Below are positions 28,001-37,119 of a stretch of 64,000 nt of DNA, piece after piece. This stretch comes from Candidatus Saccharimonadota bacterium (GTDB lineage: Bacteria > Patescibacteriota > Saccharimonadia > Saccharimonadales > SLHW01), in the NCBI GenBank assembly GCA_024635455.1, contig JAGXIU010000003.1:226446-290445 (forward strand). The letters run 5' to 3'. The translations under genes were made by a program, and so were the position numbers. Within the stretch, counting starts at the first letter, position 1. Each line of letters opens with the position of its first letter. Under the pieces are notes generated by a model that did not search any database, was not told the origin of the DNA, and saw only the letters and a program-made list of their open reading frames with translations.

Positions 28001-28827
28001 CGCTTCATTATCTTCTTTTTACGTTGACCTTTTGCTTCTTCAGACTCAGCAGTCAAAGACTCTATGAGTTCATCAAGATCAACTTCCTCAAGAAGCTTTC
28101 TAATAGCACCACCACCCATGCCGACCTTGGCAAGCTCTCTGAGTGCATCAGGGAGTGCACGGTAATCGGTCTCGGATATAAGGTTTCGCTTCTCAAGTGA
28201 TTTCGCCTGTGTCTTGAACTCATCATACGACTCGCTCAGCTCATCAAGCTCTTTAGACTGCATAGCAGCAAGAACCTTGACGTCTGCATCTTCGGATTCT
28301 GCTTGCTTTTCATAGCGTTGCTTAACTGCTTCTTTCGCTGCATTAAATTCTGCTTCTTTATCGGCAAGAATCTGGTCTCGTTTTTCAGTATCTACTTCAG
28401 TAATCACATAGCTAGCGAAGTAAACGACACGTTCGAGATTCTTAACGGTGAGACCGAGCAATAGTCCAATAGCGCTCGGTGTACCTCGCAAGAACCAAAT
28501 ATGAGCAACTGGTGCAGCCAACGTAATGTGCCCCATACGCTCTCGTCGCACAATTGACTTGGTGACGATATCACCTTTTTTGTCAACGGCGGCTTCACGA
28601 GAACGAACACCTTTGTATTTAGCATCGTGTGGATTTATATCTTTAACAGGTCCGAAAATTCGCTCACAGAACAAACCATCACGTTCAGGTTTCTGGGTGC
28701 GGTAGTTAATCGTTTCTGGCTTGAGTACTTCTCCATGGCTCCAGTCTTGAATGTCCTGTGGACTAGCGACCGCGAGACGAACTGCATCAAATTCTGCTAT
28801 ATCGTTATCTGGTGTGTAGCGTTTCAT
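25003..28827 (-). CDS. rpoC: DNA-directed RNA polymerase beta-prime subunit
   Basis: 1274 aa, with the catalytic NADFDGDQM motif and the trigger-loop and bridge regions ([18 protein letters not shown]). Confidence 0.98.
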   Translation of the reverse strand: MKRYTPDNDIAEFDAVRLAVASPQDIQDWSHGEVLKPETINYRTQKPERDGLFCERIFGPVKDINPHDAKYKGVRSREAAVDKKGDIVTKSIVRRERMGHITLAAPVAHIWFLRGTPSAIGLLLGLTVKNLERVVYFASYVITEVDTEKRDQILADKEAEFNAAKEAVKQRYEKQAESEDADVKVLAAMQSKELDELSESYDEFKTQAKSLEKRNLISETDYRALPDALRELAKVGMGGGAIRKLLEEVDLDELIESLTAESEEAKGQRKKKIMKRLRLLESMNKAGIKPSSTMLTVLPVIPPDLRPMVQLTGGRFATSDLNDLYRRVINRNNRLKKLIDLNAPEVICRNEQRMLQEAVDALIDNNSARSGRAVAATGQRRRLKSLSDQLKGKQGRFRQNLLGKRVDYSGRSVIVAGPELTIDECGLPKMMALELFKPFVIGQLIHKELAHNIRSATRMIDAGEIEVWDALDEVIKDKFVLLNRAPSLHRLSIQAFRPRLIEGKAIQLHPLVCKGFNADFDGDQMAVHLPLSKGAQAEARDIMASNKNLLKPADGSPILHIEQDIVLGCYFLTYDRPGIAEKKNAAYSSLGEALMALDAGSIKLQTNIRIRYRGQSLKTTIGRVLFNEIFPEDFPFQDEAMTKKKLSSVMALCYEMYGQEKTAEVADSLKDVGFKYATKSGLSIGIDDFRDIKGIDKLIDGGEEKVAKISDQFEEGFITNDERYRLILDTWKKVDKEVLAKLSEQFLDEDSSMAVSVVSGARGNIGQVNTAVGMFGLVPDASGRTIELPIKSNYKKGFTPLESFTATRGARKGMIDTALKTADSGYLTRRLVDVSQDAFIIDEETEDPGFPIYRSDAEEIGVAYAYRLEGRYAAENIGKHVKKGERITKEIAEAIQDDNTLDAVKIMSALSCTSVKGISQKSYGIDPATGQLVKIAHPVGVIAAQSIGEPGTQLTLKTFHSGGVAGEDITTGLPRVEELFEARTPKGQAFLSEISGVVRTWEEGNQYIVQVTAGDDEVVELELGSRKPTVASGTEVVKGDVVASAKGGKNPLTASAAGIVNFTKKQVLITPAGKGSARYEIPGFKQLTVQDGDEVIAGQRFTNGSIQLQQLMKLQGVESTQRYIMKEILRIFAAQGQNISDKHLEVIVRQMFSRVQIEDPGGSEFVTGDVVSKQAVVEANDKLAAAKKELIQYNQLLLGITKASLATDSFLSAASFQDTTRVLIAAATSGKVDNLYGLKENVILGRKIPVGTGYRYRERQAEAKAEADALALDS

Positions 28828-28829
28828 AG

Positions 28830-31800
28830 TTATGCTACCTCCTTTTCTTCACCTGTCGCAGAGGTGTCGGAAGAATCATCCTCACCCGACTCGCCTGCAG
28901 CCTTATCATTATCTTCATTCTTTACTGTTGTAGGGGTAGCATTACCATCAAGTTCTAATACATCGAACTCGTCATTGGCTGCGTCATCAGTTACATCTAC
29001 ATCAGAAGCAGATGGTTGCGGAACCTCCACTTCAGCTGGGTCATCGCCTTCATTTTTCACGTTTTCAGTTAAGACGGTTTCAGCGTCGATGACAGATTCT
29101 GATGTTACGAGGTCAACTTTTAGACCGAGGCCCTGTAGCTCTTTGACAAGCACGTTGAAGCTCTCTGGAACCTTTGGCCCAACAATTTCGGTCTGCTTGA
29201 TTATAGACTCGTAAGCCTTTGAACGACCGTAGACATCGTCAGATTTGATCGTCAGCATTTCTTGGAGTGTATCAGCTGCACCGTATGCTTCTAGCGCCCA
29301 CACCTCCATTTCTCCAAAGCGCTGTCCACCATTTTGCGCTTTTCCACCCAGTGGCTGCTGCGTCACCATAGTATATGGTCCGGTAGCACGTGCGTGTATC
29401 TTGTCAGCTATCATGTGGTTTAGCTTAATGGTGTACATGATGCCTACCGCAGTTGTCTCGTCGAATGGTTCACCAGTTCTACCGTCATACAGCTGTTGTT
29501 TTCCGTCTTCTGGTAGGCCAGCTTGTTTTAATAGCTCTTTAATCTTTGGTATCGGAACACCGTCAAATGATGGTGTGGCTACTTTCATGCCGAGTTTTTG
29601 TACAGCGGCACCAAGTGCAGTTTCATATAGTTGTCCGATATTCATACGACTCGGAACGCCAAGTGGACTCAAAATCATGTCGATAGGAGTACCGTCTTCA
29701 GTGTGAGGCATATCTTCCTCTGGAAGTATTCGAGCAATAACACCTTTGTTACCGTGGCGTCCACCGAGCTTATCTCCAACAGCAATTTTTCGCATTTGAG
29801 CAACATACACTTGTATCTGCATAATGACACCGGCTTTTAGCTCGTGTTCGTCTCGATTAAAGACCTTCACACCAACAACCTTGCCATGCTTACCATTGCC
29901 CATACGTTGTGATGTGTCGCGCACTTCTTTGGCCTTTTCGCCAAATATTGCTCGCAGAAGGCGTTCTTCGCTTGATAGTTCTTGCTCGCCCTTTGGCGTA
30001 ATTTTACCAACCAGGATATCACCTGGGTGCACTTCTGCACCGATGCGGACAATACCGTCCTCATCAAGGTGGCGGAGTGCTTCCTCGGACACATTTGGAA
30101 TATCGCGAGTGACCACCTCTGGTCCTAGTTTCGTCTCACGAACTTCTACCATGTAGTCGCTAATCTGAACCGAAGTTAAATCGTCGTTTTCAACCAATCG
30201 ACGGGAAATAATAACTGAGTCTTCAAAGTTATATCCATCCCATGACATAAATGCGGTTAAGATATCACGACCAAGAGCTAGTTCCCCATCCTCAATTGAC
30301 ATACCCTCAATAAGTGCATCGCCTTTTTTAACTTTGTCGCCAGAGTTTACGACTACTTTCTGATTAATGGCAGTGCTGTCATTGCTCCGCTCGAAATGAC
30401 GAGGCGTATAGACGACCTTGCCATCTTTGTAGGCAACAACAACTTTGTCAGCTGTCGCTTGAATAACCTCACCATCGTCGTGGGCTGTTATTAGTTGACC
30501 GGAATTTTGGGCAACAACTTCTTCGACACCTGTACCAACAATTGGAGCTTTTGGTGCTATCAATGGGACTGATTGTCGCTGCTGGTTACTGCCCATCAGA
30601 CTTCGATATACGTAGTTTTTCTCAATAAATGGAATTAACCCAGCGCTAGAACCAATAATCTGTTTTGGTGAAGCATCCATGTGTGTAACTTCATCAGCAT
30701 CAACCTCACCTGATATCAGTCTGTTCCGAGCTGGAATTCTTTCGTCTACGAAGTGTCCTTGGTCATCAATTTCTTGACCAGTACTGGCAATTACAGCTGC
30801 CGTCTCCTCGAATGCATCAAGAAATACTACTTCATCTGTAATCTTTGCCTTGACTGGCCAGGTTTTCTGAGCAGTGATTTTTGCAAGTTTTTTAGCATCG
30901 TCTTTGCTGATTTCTTTGCCAGCTTTTACGATTACTTTGCCTTCGGCGTCTTCGAGGTTAACAGAAGCAATATGACCAGGAGCATCTTTTGCAGTAACGC
31001 TGCTTATGACTTTGCGGTAAGGAGTCTCTATAAGACCGTACTCATTAATACGTGCGTAAGTCGCAAGGTTAAGAACGAGTCCAATGTTCGCGCCTTCTGG
31101 CGTTTCGACGGTACAGATTCGGCCGTAGTGAGTCGCATGCGCATCTCGAACCTCAAAACCTGCTCGTTCGCGCGACAGTCCACCAGGACCCATTGAGCTC
31201 AAACGCCTTTTGTGCGCGAGCTCTGACAATGGGTTCACCTGATCCATAAACTGTGAAAGCTGCGAGCTCGCGAAAAACTCACGTACCGCAGCAACAATTG
31301 GTCGTGCGTTAATCAGCTGCGCTGGAGTAACTGTCTCGATCTCCGACATACTCATGCGGTCCTTGGTGTTTCGTTCCATTCGCAATAAACCGATTCGGAA
31401 CTGTCTTTGAACAAGTTCGCCAACGAGCTTAATGCGTCGGTTTGCAAGTGAGTCAATATCGTCAGCCGGATCTTGTGTAATGTTTAGGCGAATTATTTCT
31501 GAAATTATTGCCGTAAGATCCTCGAGGCGCATAATTCTATTTTCTGATGTGTTCGGTACGTCAAGGTCTAAGCGCTTATTGAGCTTGTAACGTCCAACTC
31601 GACTGAAATCAAATCGCTTGAAGTTATAAAACATATTTTCAATAAGGCTTCGTGCGTTATCTACCGTAGCTAAGTCACCAGGGCGTAATCGACGATACAC
31701 TTCAATTAATGCCTCATTTGTTGTCTTCGTAGGGTCTTTTTCGAGGGTCGCTTCGAGGTAAGAAGACTTCCCTTGATCAACGTGCTTAAACGTACTCTTC

Positions 31801-32411
31801 ATGAGTGCATCATTCATGCCCAACGCACGAAGGAGTGTAGTGACAGGGATTTTACGCTTTCGGTCAATCTTTACGTAGAGAGCGCCGTTGCTGGCAGTCT
31901 CAAACTCTAACCAAGCACCACGACCTGGAATTACCTTGGCACCATATAGTCCGGTACCGCTTGAGTTATCAGCTGTAAAGAATACACCAGCAGAACGAAT
32001 AAGCTGAGATACAACAACACGCTCGGCACCATTTATTACAAAAGTGCCTCTGTCGGTCATCCATGGATAATCACCGAGGTAGATTTCTTGATCTTTGATC
32101 TCACCAGTTACCTTGTTGGTGAGCTCAACGGTTGCCTTAAGTGGCGCTTCGAAGCTGACGTTATTTTCGCGAGCTTCTGCTTCAGTGATTTTTGGATCCT
32201 CGAAGTGATAGTCTTTGAACTTAATTGATAATTTTGTGCCTGTGTAGTCTTCAATTGAGCCCACTTCGGCGAATAGCTCACCGAGGCCTTCTTCTATGAG
32301 CCACTGAAAAGATCGATTCTGGTGATCGATCAAATTTGGCATATCGACGATGTTTTCGGATTTAGTAAAGTATGTTCGTTTTGCTGCTGTAGACTTGGTA
32401 ACTTTGGACAT
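28830..32411 (-). CDS. rpoB: DNA-directed RNA polymerase beta subunit, with an acidic C-terminal tail of about 90 aa
   Basis: 1193 aa, with conserved beta motifs (GRHGNKGV, GGQRFGEMEVWALEAYGA). Confidence 0.98.
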   Translation of the reverse strand: MSKVTKSTAAKRTYFTKSENIVDMPNLIDHQNRSFQWLIEEGLGELFAEVGSIEDYTGTKLSIKFKDYHFEDPKITEAEARENNVSFEAPLKATVELTNKVTGEIKDQEIYLGDYPWMTDRGTFVINGAERVVVSQLIRSAGVFFTADNSSGTGLYGAKVIPGRGAWLEFETASNGALYVKIDRKRKIPVTTLLRALGMNDALMKSTFKHVDQGKSSYLEATLEKDPTKTTNEALIEVYRRLRPGDLATVDNARSLIENMFYNFKRFDFSRVGRYKLNKRLDLDVPNTSENRIMRLEDLTAIISEIIRLNITQDPADDIDSLANRRIKLVGELVQRQFRIGLLRMERNTKDRMSMSEIETVTPAQLINARPIVAAVREFFASSQLSQFMDQVNPLSELAHKRRLSSMGPGGLSRERAGFEVRDAHATHYGRICTVETPEGANIGLVLNLATYARINEYGLIETPYRKVISSVTAKDAPGHIASVNLEDAEGKVIVKAGKEISKDDAKKLAKITAQKTWPVKAKITDEVVFLDAFEETAAVIASTGQEIDDQGHFVDERIPARNRLISGEVDADEVTHMDASPKQIIGSSAGLIPFIEKNYVYRSLMGSNQQRQSVPLIAPKAPIVGTGVEEVVAQNSGQLITAHDDGEVIQATADKVVVAYKDGKVVYTPRHFERSNDSTAINQKVVVNSGDKVKKGDALIEGMSIEDGELALGRDILTAFMSWDGYNFEDSVIISRRLVENDDLTSVQISDYMVEVRETKLGPEVVTRDIPNVSEEALRHLDEDGIVRIGAEVHPGDILVGKITPKGEQELSSEERLLRAIFGEKAKEVRDTSQRMGNGKHGKVVGVKVFNRDEHELKAGVIMQIQVYVAQMRKIAVGDKLGGRHGNKGVIARILPEEDMPHTEDGTPIDMILSPLGVPSRMNIGQLYETALGAAVQKLGMKVATPSFDGVPIPKIKELLKQAGLPEDGKQQLYDGRTGEPFDETTAVGIMYTIKLNHMIADKIHARATGPYTMVTQQPLGGKAQNGGQRFGEMEVWALEAYGAADTLQEMLTIKSDDVYGRSKAYESIIKQTEIVGPKVPESFNVLVKELQGLGLKVDLVTSESVIDAETVLTENVKNEGDDPAEVEVPQPSASDVDVTDDAANDEFDVLELDGNATPTTVKNEDNDKAAGESGEDDSSDTSATGEEKEVA

Positions 32412-32589
32412 GTATATGTAACGCTCCCTTGTTAGACACTATTAAGGTTATTCTTTCATTTTTGTGCGTTTTCGTATGTTGGTTCCGAAGTCACCACTGA
32501 TAGCGTACACATATTTACGTCTTTGTTGACGGCCATTAACTCGTTTAATAATTCTACAGGCGTGCGCTATCCACTACTTCAATAGTACT

Positions 32590-32618
32590 ATTGTGGCGGA
32601 GCTGGTTCTTAATGTCAA
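32590..32618 (-). promoter_or_regulatory. possible promoter TTGACA-17-CACAAT upstream of the 180-nt rpoB leader
   Basis: -35 at 32618-32613, 3 nt after the clpP stop. -10 at 32595-32590. The -10 is weak. Confidence 0.3.
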
Positions 32619-32620
32619 GT

Positions 32621-33220
32621 CTACTTAGGTGGTTTGTTTATGACATCGTCCACTAGGCCGTACTTTTTTGCTTCGTTTGCTGTCATCCAAAAATCTCTGT
32701 CTAAGTCCTTTTGAATCTTGGAAACCTTTTGACCAGTGTTTTTTGCCATAATTTCTTCGAGCAGTCGCTTAACCCGTAAGCTTTCTTTCAGGTCAATCTC
32801 CTGATCTGACACCCGCCCACGAGTACCACTAGATGGTTGGTGCACCATCACAGCAGAATTTGGCAACAAGTATCGCTTACCCTTTGTACCGCTACTAAGT
32901 AAAAACGCGGCAGCACTTGCCTGGATGCCAATTCCTACGGTCTTAATATCTGATTTTAGATATTGCATTGTGTCATAAATTGCCAGTGCATCGTAAACAC
33001 TCCCACCAGGACTATTTATATAAAAGTTTATATCTTTAACGCCTTCATTTTCAAGAAACAGCAACTGTGCAACTATCAAGTTCGCAGTTTGCTCATTTAC
33101 TTCAGTGCCTAGGAAGATAATCCTATCTTTCAAAAGGCGAGAATAGATGTCATAAGCTCGCTCCATACGACCATCTTTTTCAATTACCGTTGGGACTAGA
33201 ACTGATTGTGGATTACTCAT
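32621..33220 (-). CDS. clpP: ATP-dependent Clp protease proteolytic subunit
   Basis: [30 protein letters not shown], with catalytic Ser and His contexts. ATG 33220 is chosen, but a GTG at 33244 sits 7 nt after a -10-like TAGTGT and is an alternative leaderless start. Confidence 0.93.
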   Translation of the reverse strand: MSNPQSVLVPTVIEKDGRMERAYDIYSRLLKDRIIFLGTEVNEQTANLIVAQLLFLENEGVKDINFYINSPGGSVYDALAIYDTMQYLKSDIKTVGIGIQASAAAFLLSSGTKGKRYLLPNSAVMVHQPSSGTRGRVSDQEIDLKESLRVKRLLEEIMAKNTGQKVSKIQKDLDRDFWMTANEAKKYGLVDDVINKPPK

Positions 33221-33262
33221 TACCGTACTCGCTTTCTTTATCACTGCCTCTACACTAGCGAA

Positions 33263-33289
33263 TTAGCACTCTATAGTCAAGAGTGCTAG
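33263..33289. promoter_or_regulatory. CIRCE-type inverted repeat (HrcA operator) upstream of clpP
   Basis: TTAGCACTC-TATAGTCAA-GAGTGCTAG versus the consensus TTAGCACTC-N9-GAGTGCTAA (17 of 18 positions). Confidence 0.75.
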
Positions 33290-33305
33290 TTCACGACAAA
33301 TACAA

Positions 33306-33869
33306 TTAGTAAATACCGAGTTCTGCCATGACGTCTACGCTTGAATCGTCTACAGCAGACGTAAGTAACGAATCGCTGGAGTCATCGGCTGGCTCAGCAG
33401 TATCCTGTTTCTGTCGAACGGAACGAGCATGCATCGCCAGGCTCATCGCGTCAAGTGCAGTAGGCAGCTCGTAGGATTCGACATGTTCTCTAGTTGATTC
33501 ATCACCTTCAGTAAAGTTTTGCGCAGTTTCGAGGGCTTCTGCTGCTTCATCACGGACAGTCTTCATGGCAATCAATCGCCCGGAAAAAAATTGATAAATT
33601 CGCTGCCGAAGCGTTGTTTCTTGCTGTGATTCTTCGCTGACGATTTGGCTAGCTTGTTCTTGAAAAAATTCTGTAGCTTCGATTGATAACATAACTGTTG
33701 GCTGATCGACATCTCGAGCTGCTTCGCCACGAGCTGCTGCAATCTCAAGCAGGTGTGGCGTCTTTTTATCAGCTACGTTTTGGCAGACCTCTTCAGCGAC
33801 AATATCAAGTGCTTCGATAGAGTCACCGGATACTTCTATGCAATTATGTCTTGCATCTACCTCGAACAT
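33306..33869 (-). CDS. hypothetical highly acidic protein (187 aa)
   Basis: The ORF is tightly packed, 2 nt after the upstream 97-aa ORF. By my count it has about 39 Asp/Glu against 14 Lys/Arg. No motif recognised. Confidence 0.55.
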   Translation of the reverse strand: MFEVDARHNCIEVSGDSIEALDIVAEEVCQNVADKKTPHLLEIAAARGEAARDVDQPTVMLSIEATEFFQEQASQIVSEESQQETTLRQRIYQFFSGRLIAMKTVRDEAAEALETAQNFTEGDESTREHVESYELPTALDAMSLAMHARSVRQKQDTAEPADDSSDSLLTSAVDDSSVDVMAELGIY

Positions 33870-33871
33870 AT

Positions 33872-34165
33872 TTAGTCTATCGCCCCATCCTCTGGTGATT
33901 GTTCCACTATCGGCGCTTCTGTTCCACCATCGCCTTTAATCAACGTGTTTCTTAAGTCCAAGCTGCCTTTCGCGCTGCTGTGGCTGCTACTCATGATATC
34001 CGTATCCGAAAAGACGGCGCTCTCAAGCGCATTCTTACGATCCTCTACCATTTGCTCGGCGAACGGTCTTGTAGTGGCGTCAAGAGTAGCAATCAGCCTA
34101 CGTGCGGCTTGACGCGCGGCTCGGCTTAAAAGCCTTGGGCTGTCTCTAAATTCTTTGTGTTCCAT
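33872..34165 (-). CDS. hypothetical protein (97 aa) with a basic N-terminal helix and an acidic C-terminus
   Basis: The ORF is preceded by TTGTGC-17-TACTGT-9-ATG. No motif recognised. Confidence 0.5.
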   Translation of the reverse strand: MEHKEFRDSPRLLSRAARQAARRLIATLDATTRPFAEQMVEDRKNALESAVFSDTDIMSSSHSSAKGSLDLRNTLIKGDGGTEAPIVEQSPEDGAID

Positions 34166-34174
34166 TTAATAAGT

Positions 34175-34203
34175 ACAGTACCATATTTAAAAGACTTGCA
34201 CAA
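34175..34203 (-). promoter_or_regulatory. possible promoter TTGTGC-17-TACTGT placed 9 nt before the 97-aa ORF start
   Basis: -35 at 34203-34198 and -10 at 34180-34175. Confidence 0.35.
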
Positions 34204-34223
34204 GTTGTTTTGCTCTGTATGGG

Positions 34224-35510
34224 CTATTTTTTGGTTGCGTAGGACGCTAGTTGTGCAACAGTTTTTTCGCTTAACATGCGTGAGGCTATCTCGCGCCGAC
34301 CCTCAGGCTTATCAAGTTGTTCTTGCATTTGTGGGTCTTTGTATTGGCCTTTAAGTACCTGCATACGAATTTCGAGCTCTTCAGGTGTTACTTCAATCTT
34401 TTCTAGGTCTGCGACCTCCGATAATACTACGCTCGCCTTGACACGCTTTTCTGCCTCTGGAGCTACTTCTTTATCCTTATACTCGGCCTCAGTAAGTCCT
34501 TGCATCTCTAGGAATTCTTGTAGTGTCTGGCCACGATAGCTCAAGTTTTGTTTAAATTCTTGCATCATACGCTCGATTTGTTCATCAATCAGCGCCTGTG
34601 GGACCTCTAATTTTGATTTTTCTGTAATCTCACCGACAAGCTCAGACTCAAACGACAAGTCTGCTTGACGTTGCTTTTCAGTAGTAAGCTCTTTTTTAAT
34701 GTCCTTTTTTAAATCAGCTAGAGACTCAACCGGACCAACTGTTTTTGCAAAAGCATCATCGGCTTTTGGCTTTTTAACAGCTTCGACTTTTTTAATCGTG
34801 ACACTGAAGGTTACTTCTTGATTTGCGAGCGCTTTCACGCCGTAATCTTTTGGAAATGTTAAGGTGAATTCTCGAGTATCGCCTGGCTTCGCGCCGACGA
34901 GCTCTTCTTCAAAACCTGGGATAAATGTCTTGCTACCAAGTGCGAGCGGATAATCAGTGCCGTCAGCACCAGCTATCTTTTCGCCTTTCTTATCGGTACC
35001 AGTAAAATCTATCAGTATTTGATCGCCGTCTTTAGCGGCTCGCGTAACTTCTTCTTTCTCAGCTGAACGAGTTCGTAGGTTTTCAATCACATCAGTTACT
35101 TCCTTATCGGTAACTTTTACTTGCTCACGTGACTTCTTAATCTTTTTATAATCTGTAAGCTTAACTTCACCGAGAATAGAAACTTCTGCGCTAAATTCGA
35201 GCGTCTCGTATGGGACAAATTTTTCAATACTAATTTGTGGTTGCTCTACTGGACGAATCTGAGCTTCTTTTGCCGCTTGGGGGTATAGATCACTCACGGC
35301 AGTCTCAAGGAATTGTCGCTGCAGAAGGTCTTGGTCGACGTTCTTCTCGACCACGTCAAGTGGTGCCTTACCTTTTCTGAACCCAGCGATTGAAGCATCC
35401 TTGGCGAACTCTTGTAGTACAGCTTTTTTACTTTGCTTCAAGTCTTCACTATCGCCGGTAATGGTAAGTGTTATTTTGGTTGGTGATTGGTTCTTAGTAG
35501 TTACGTGCAT
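34224..35510 (-). CDS. tig: trigger factor
   Basis: 428 aa, with an N-terminal ribosome-binding motif (GFRKGKAP) and an FKBP-like middle domain. Confidence 0.93.
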   Translation of the reverse strand: MHVTTKNQSPTKITLTITGDSEDLKQSKKAVLQEFAKDASIAGFRKGKAPLDVVEKNVDQDLLQRQFLETAVSDLYPQAAKEAQIRPVEQPQISIEKFVPYETLEFSAEVSILGEVKLTDYKKIKKSREQVKVTDKEVTDVIENLRTRSAEKEEVTRAAKDGDQILIDFTGTDKKGEKIAGADGTDYPLALGSKTFIPGFEEELVGAKPGDTREFTLTFPKDYGVKALANQEVTFSVTIKKVEAVKKPKADDAFAKTVGPVESLADLKKDIKKELTTEKQRQADLSFESELVGEITEKSKLEVPQALIDEQIERMMQEFKQNLSYRGQTLQEFLEMQGLTEAEYKDKEVAPEAEKRVKASVVLSEVADLEKIEVTPEELEIRMQVLKGQYKDPQMQEQLDKPEGRREIASRMLSEKTVAQLASYATKK

Positions 35511-35547
35511 AAGTATCTATCCTACCAGATATATTTGGTATTACAAA

Positions 35548-36843
35548 TTAGCTAAGTAGCGCAGTAACGAGTTCTTCTTTTGAATACTGAACTTCCTCAC
35601 CGTCTTCTAATCGCTTTAGGGTGAATCGAGCTTCAGTAATTTCTCGCTCACCAATAACTAAGATGTATGGTATTTGTTTTTTATCTGCAGCTTTTATCAT
35701 CTTGTCCATTTTACGGCCTGTTGCATCCACGGCTACATTAACTCCACTCGTGCGCAAATCCTCAGCCACGGCAATAGCCTGCGAATAGACATCGCCATAC
35801 ACGACCAGATATACCAACGTTTCTGGCTGTATATTAGGTAGAAGATTGTGTATTTCAAGGAAGTTAATAAGCGTCATATCACCCATGCCAAACCCTATGG
35901 TTGGTATCGGATCAGCGCCAAATGACTCGAGTAGGTTATCGTAACGACCACCGCCGAACATTGAACGATTATTGTCCTGGTCTGTGTCGAAAACTTCAAA
36001 AACGATATCATTATAATAATCAAAGCCACGGGTAATAGTTGGGTCAAATACAAGATTTTGTATATTGCTCGATGTGGCTAAATTTATCAGTTCGCGTAAG
36101 GCATGAAGCGAATCATGTTCTCGCAGCAGTTCTGGAATTGAATCGAGGCTGTCAGTCTGCAATAGTTCCGTTATTGTTGAGACGGCTGCCTGAGGATTAT
36201 TGGCTTCCTGCAGCAATTCAGACAATTGTTCATCGAATTTTTTCGTATCTAACTTATGTTTCCTGTCAATCAGTCGGAACAAATCCGCTTGTACCTGTTT
36301 CTGTAACTCGAAGTGCTCAGTGAACACCCAATCCATAAAAGCCCTGCTATTAATACGGATTGTATACATATCATCTGTTGCACCATAAGCTCCGAGCAAA
36401 TCGCGAATCAGCGTGAGCATCTCGTGTTCAGCAGATATCCCAGCTTCTCCGAACAAATCAACGTTGAGTTGATAAAACTCTCGGCCTCTTCCGCGCTGAG
36501 TTCGCTCATAGCGCCAACATTGCGGAATAGAATACCAACGAAGTGGATAGGCAAGCTCTTGCCTTCTCCCGGCAACCATACGAGCAATACTTGGTGTCAT
36601 CTCTGTTCGTAAGGTCACACTTCGCTCGCCCCTATCCGTAAATGTATAGGTTTGTTGCTCTATTATTTCTTGATTACCTTTTTCTAGATAGAGATCGGTC
36701 GGTTCAAGAATTGGCGCATCGTATTCTTCATAGCCAAACCGCTCAACAACCTTGCGCATCGTGGTGAATATATACTTTTGCAGACCCTTATCCTCGGGAT
36801 AAAAGTCTCGGGCTCCTTTGTAGGGTTGGGTTGATATGCTCAT
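35548..36843 (-). CDS. hisS: histidine--tRNA ligase
   Basis: 431 aa, class II motifs (RYERTQRGRGREFYQ, GGGRYD). Confidence 0.93.
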   Translation of the reverse strand: MSISTQPYKGARDFYPEDKGLQKYIFTTMRKVVERFGYEEYDAPILEPTDLYLEKGNQEIIEQQTYTFTDRGERSVTLRTEMTPSIARMVAGRRQELAYPLRWYSIPQCWRYERTQRGRGREFYQLNVDLFGEAGISAEHEMLTLIRDLLGAYGATDDMYTIRINSRAFMDWVFTEHFELQKQVQADLFRLIDRKHKLDTKKFDEQLSELLQEANNPQAAVSTITELLQTDSLDSIPELLREHDSLHALRELINLATSSNIQNLVFDPTITRGFDYYNDIVFEVFDTDQDNNRSMFGGGRYDNLLESFGADPIPTIGFGMGDMTLINFLEIHNLLPNIQPETLVYLVVYGDVYSQAIAVAEDLRTSGVNVAVDATGRKMDKMIKAADKKQIPYILVIGEREITEARFTLKRLEDGEEVQYSKEELVTALLS

Positions 36844-36973
36844 ATTGGATTCTATTGTAGCAGGAGGGTAGCATTACGTATATCTTACGACTCGTAACTT
36901 GCCAAGATGAAAAGATACGATATCTTGAATAAAACTATCCGCTACAGTTCATGCGGAGATGAACAGTAAGGGA

Positions 36974-37058
36974 TGGTGCCGCGGGAGAGACTCGAACTCT
37001 CACACCTCTCGATACTAGTTCCTAAAACTAGCGCGTCTACCAATTCCGCCACCGCGGC
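36974..37058 (-). tRNA. tRNA-Leu (anticodon UAG), CCA encoded
   Basis: Reverse complement reads GCCGCGGUGGCGGAAUUGGUAGACGC...CUAGU-UUUAGGA-ACUAG, with a long variable arm, GGUUCGAGUC and CCGCGGC-A-CCA. Confidence 0.92.
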
Positions 37059-37119
37059 GCACCTAATTGTTTTACAGTTAGCTATTGTAGCTCTCAGCAA
37101 CTGATTGAGCAAATGAAAA

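Noticed and set aside
33272-33280. CtsR operator half-sites (GGTCAA) inside the CIRCE spacers upstream of clpP and clpC (also 50845-50853)
   Set aside because: Only a single (A/G)GTCAA occurs at each site, not the tandem heptad repeat that CtsR needs. On the coding strand the shared bases read TTGAC(T/C), which is better explained as the -35 hexamer.
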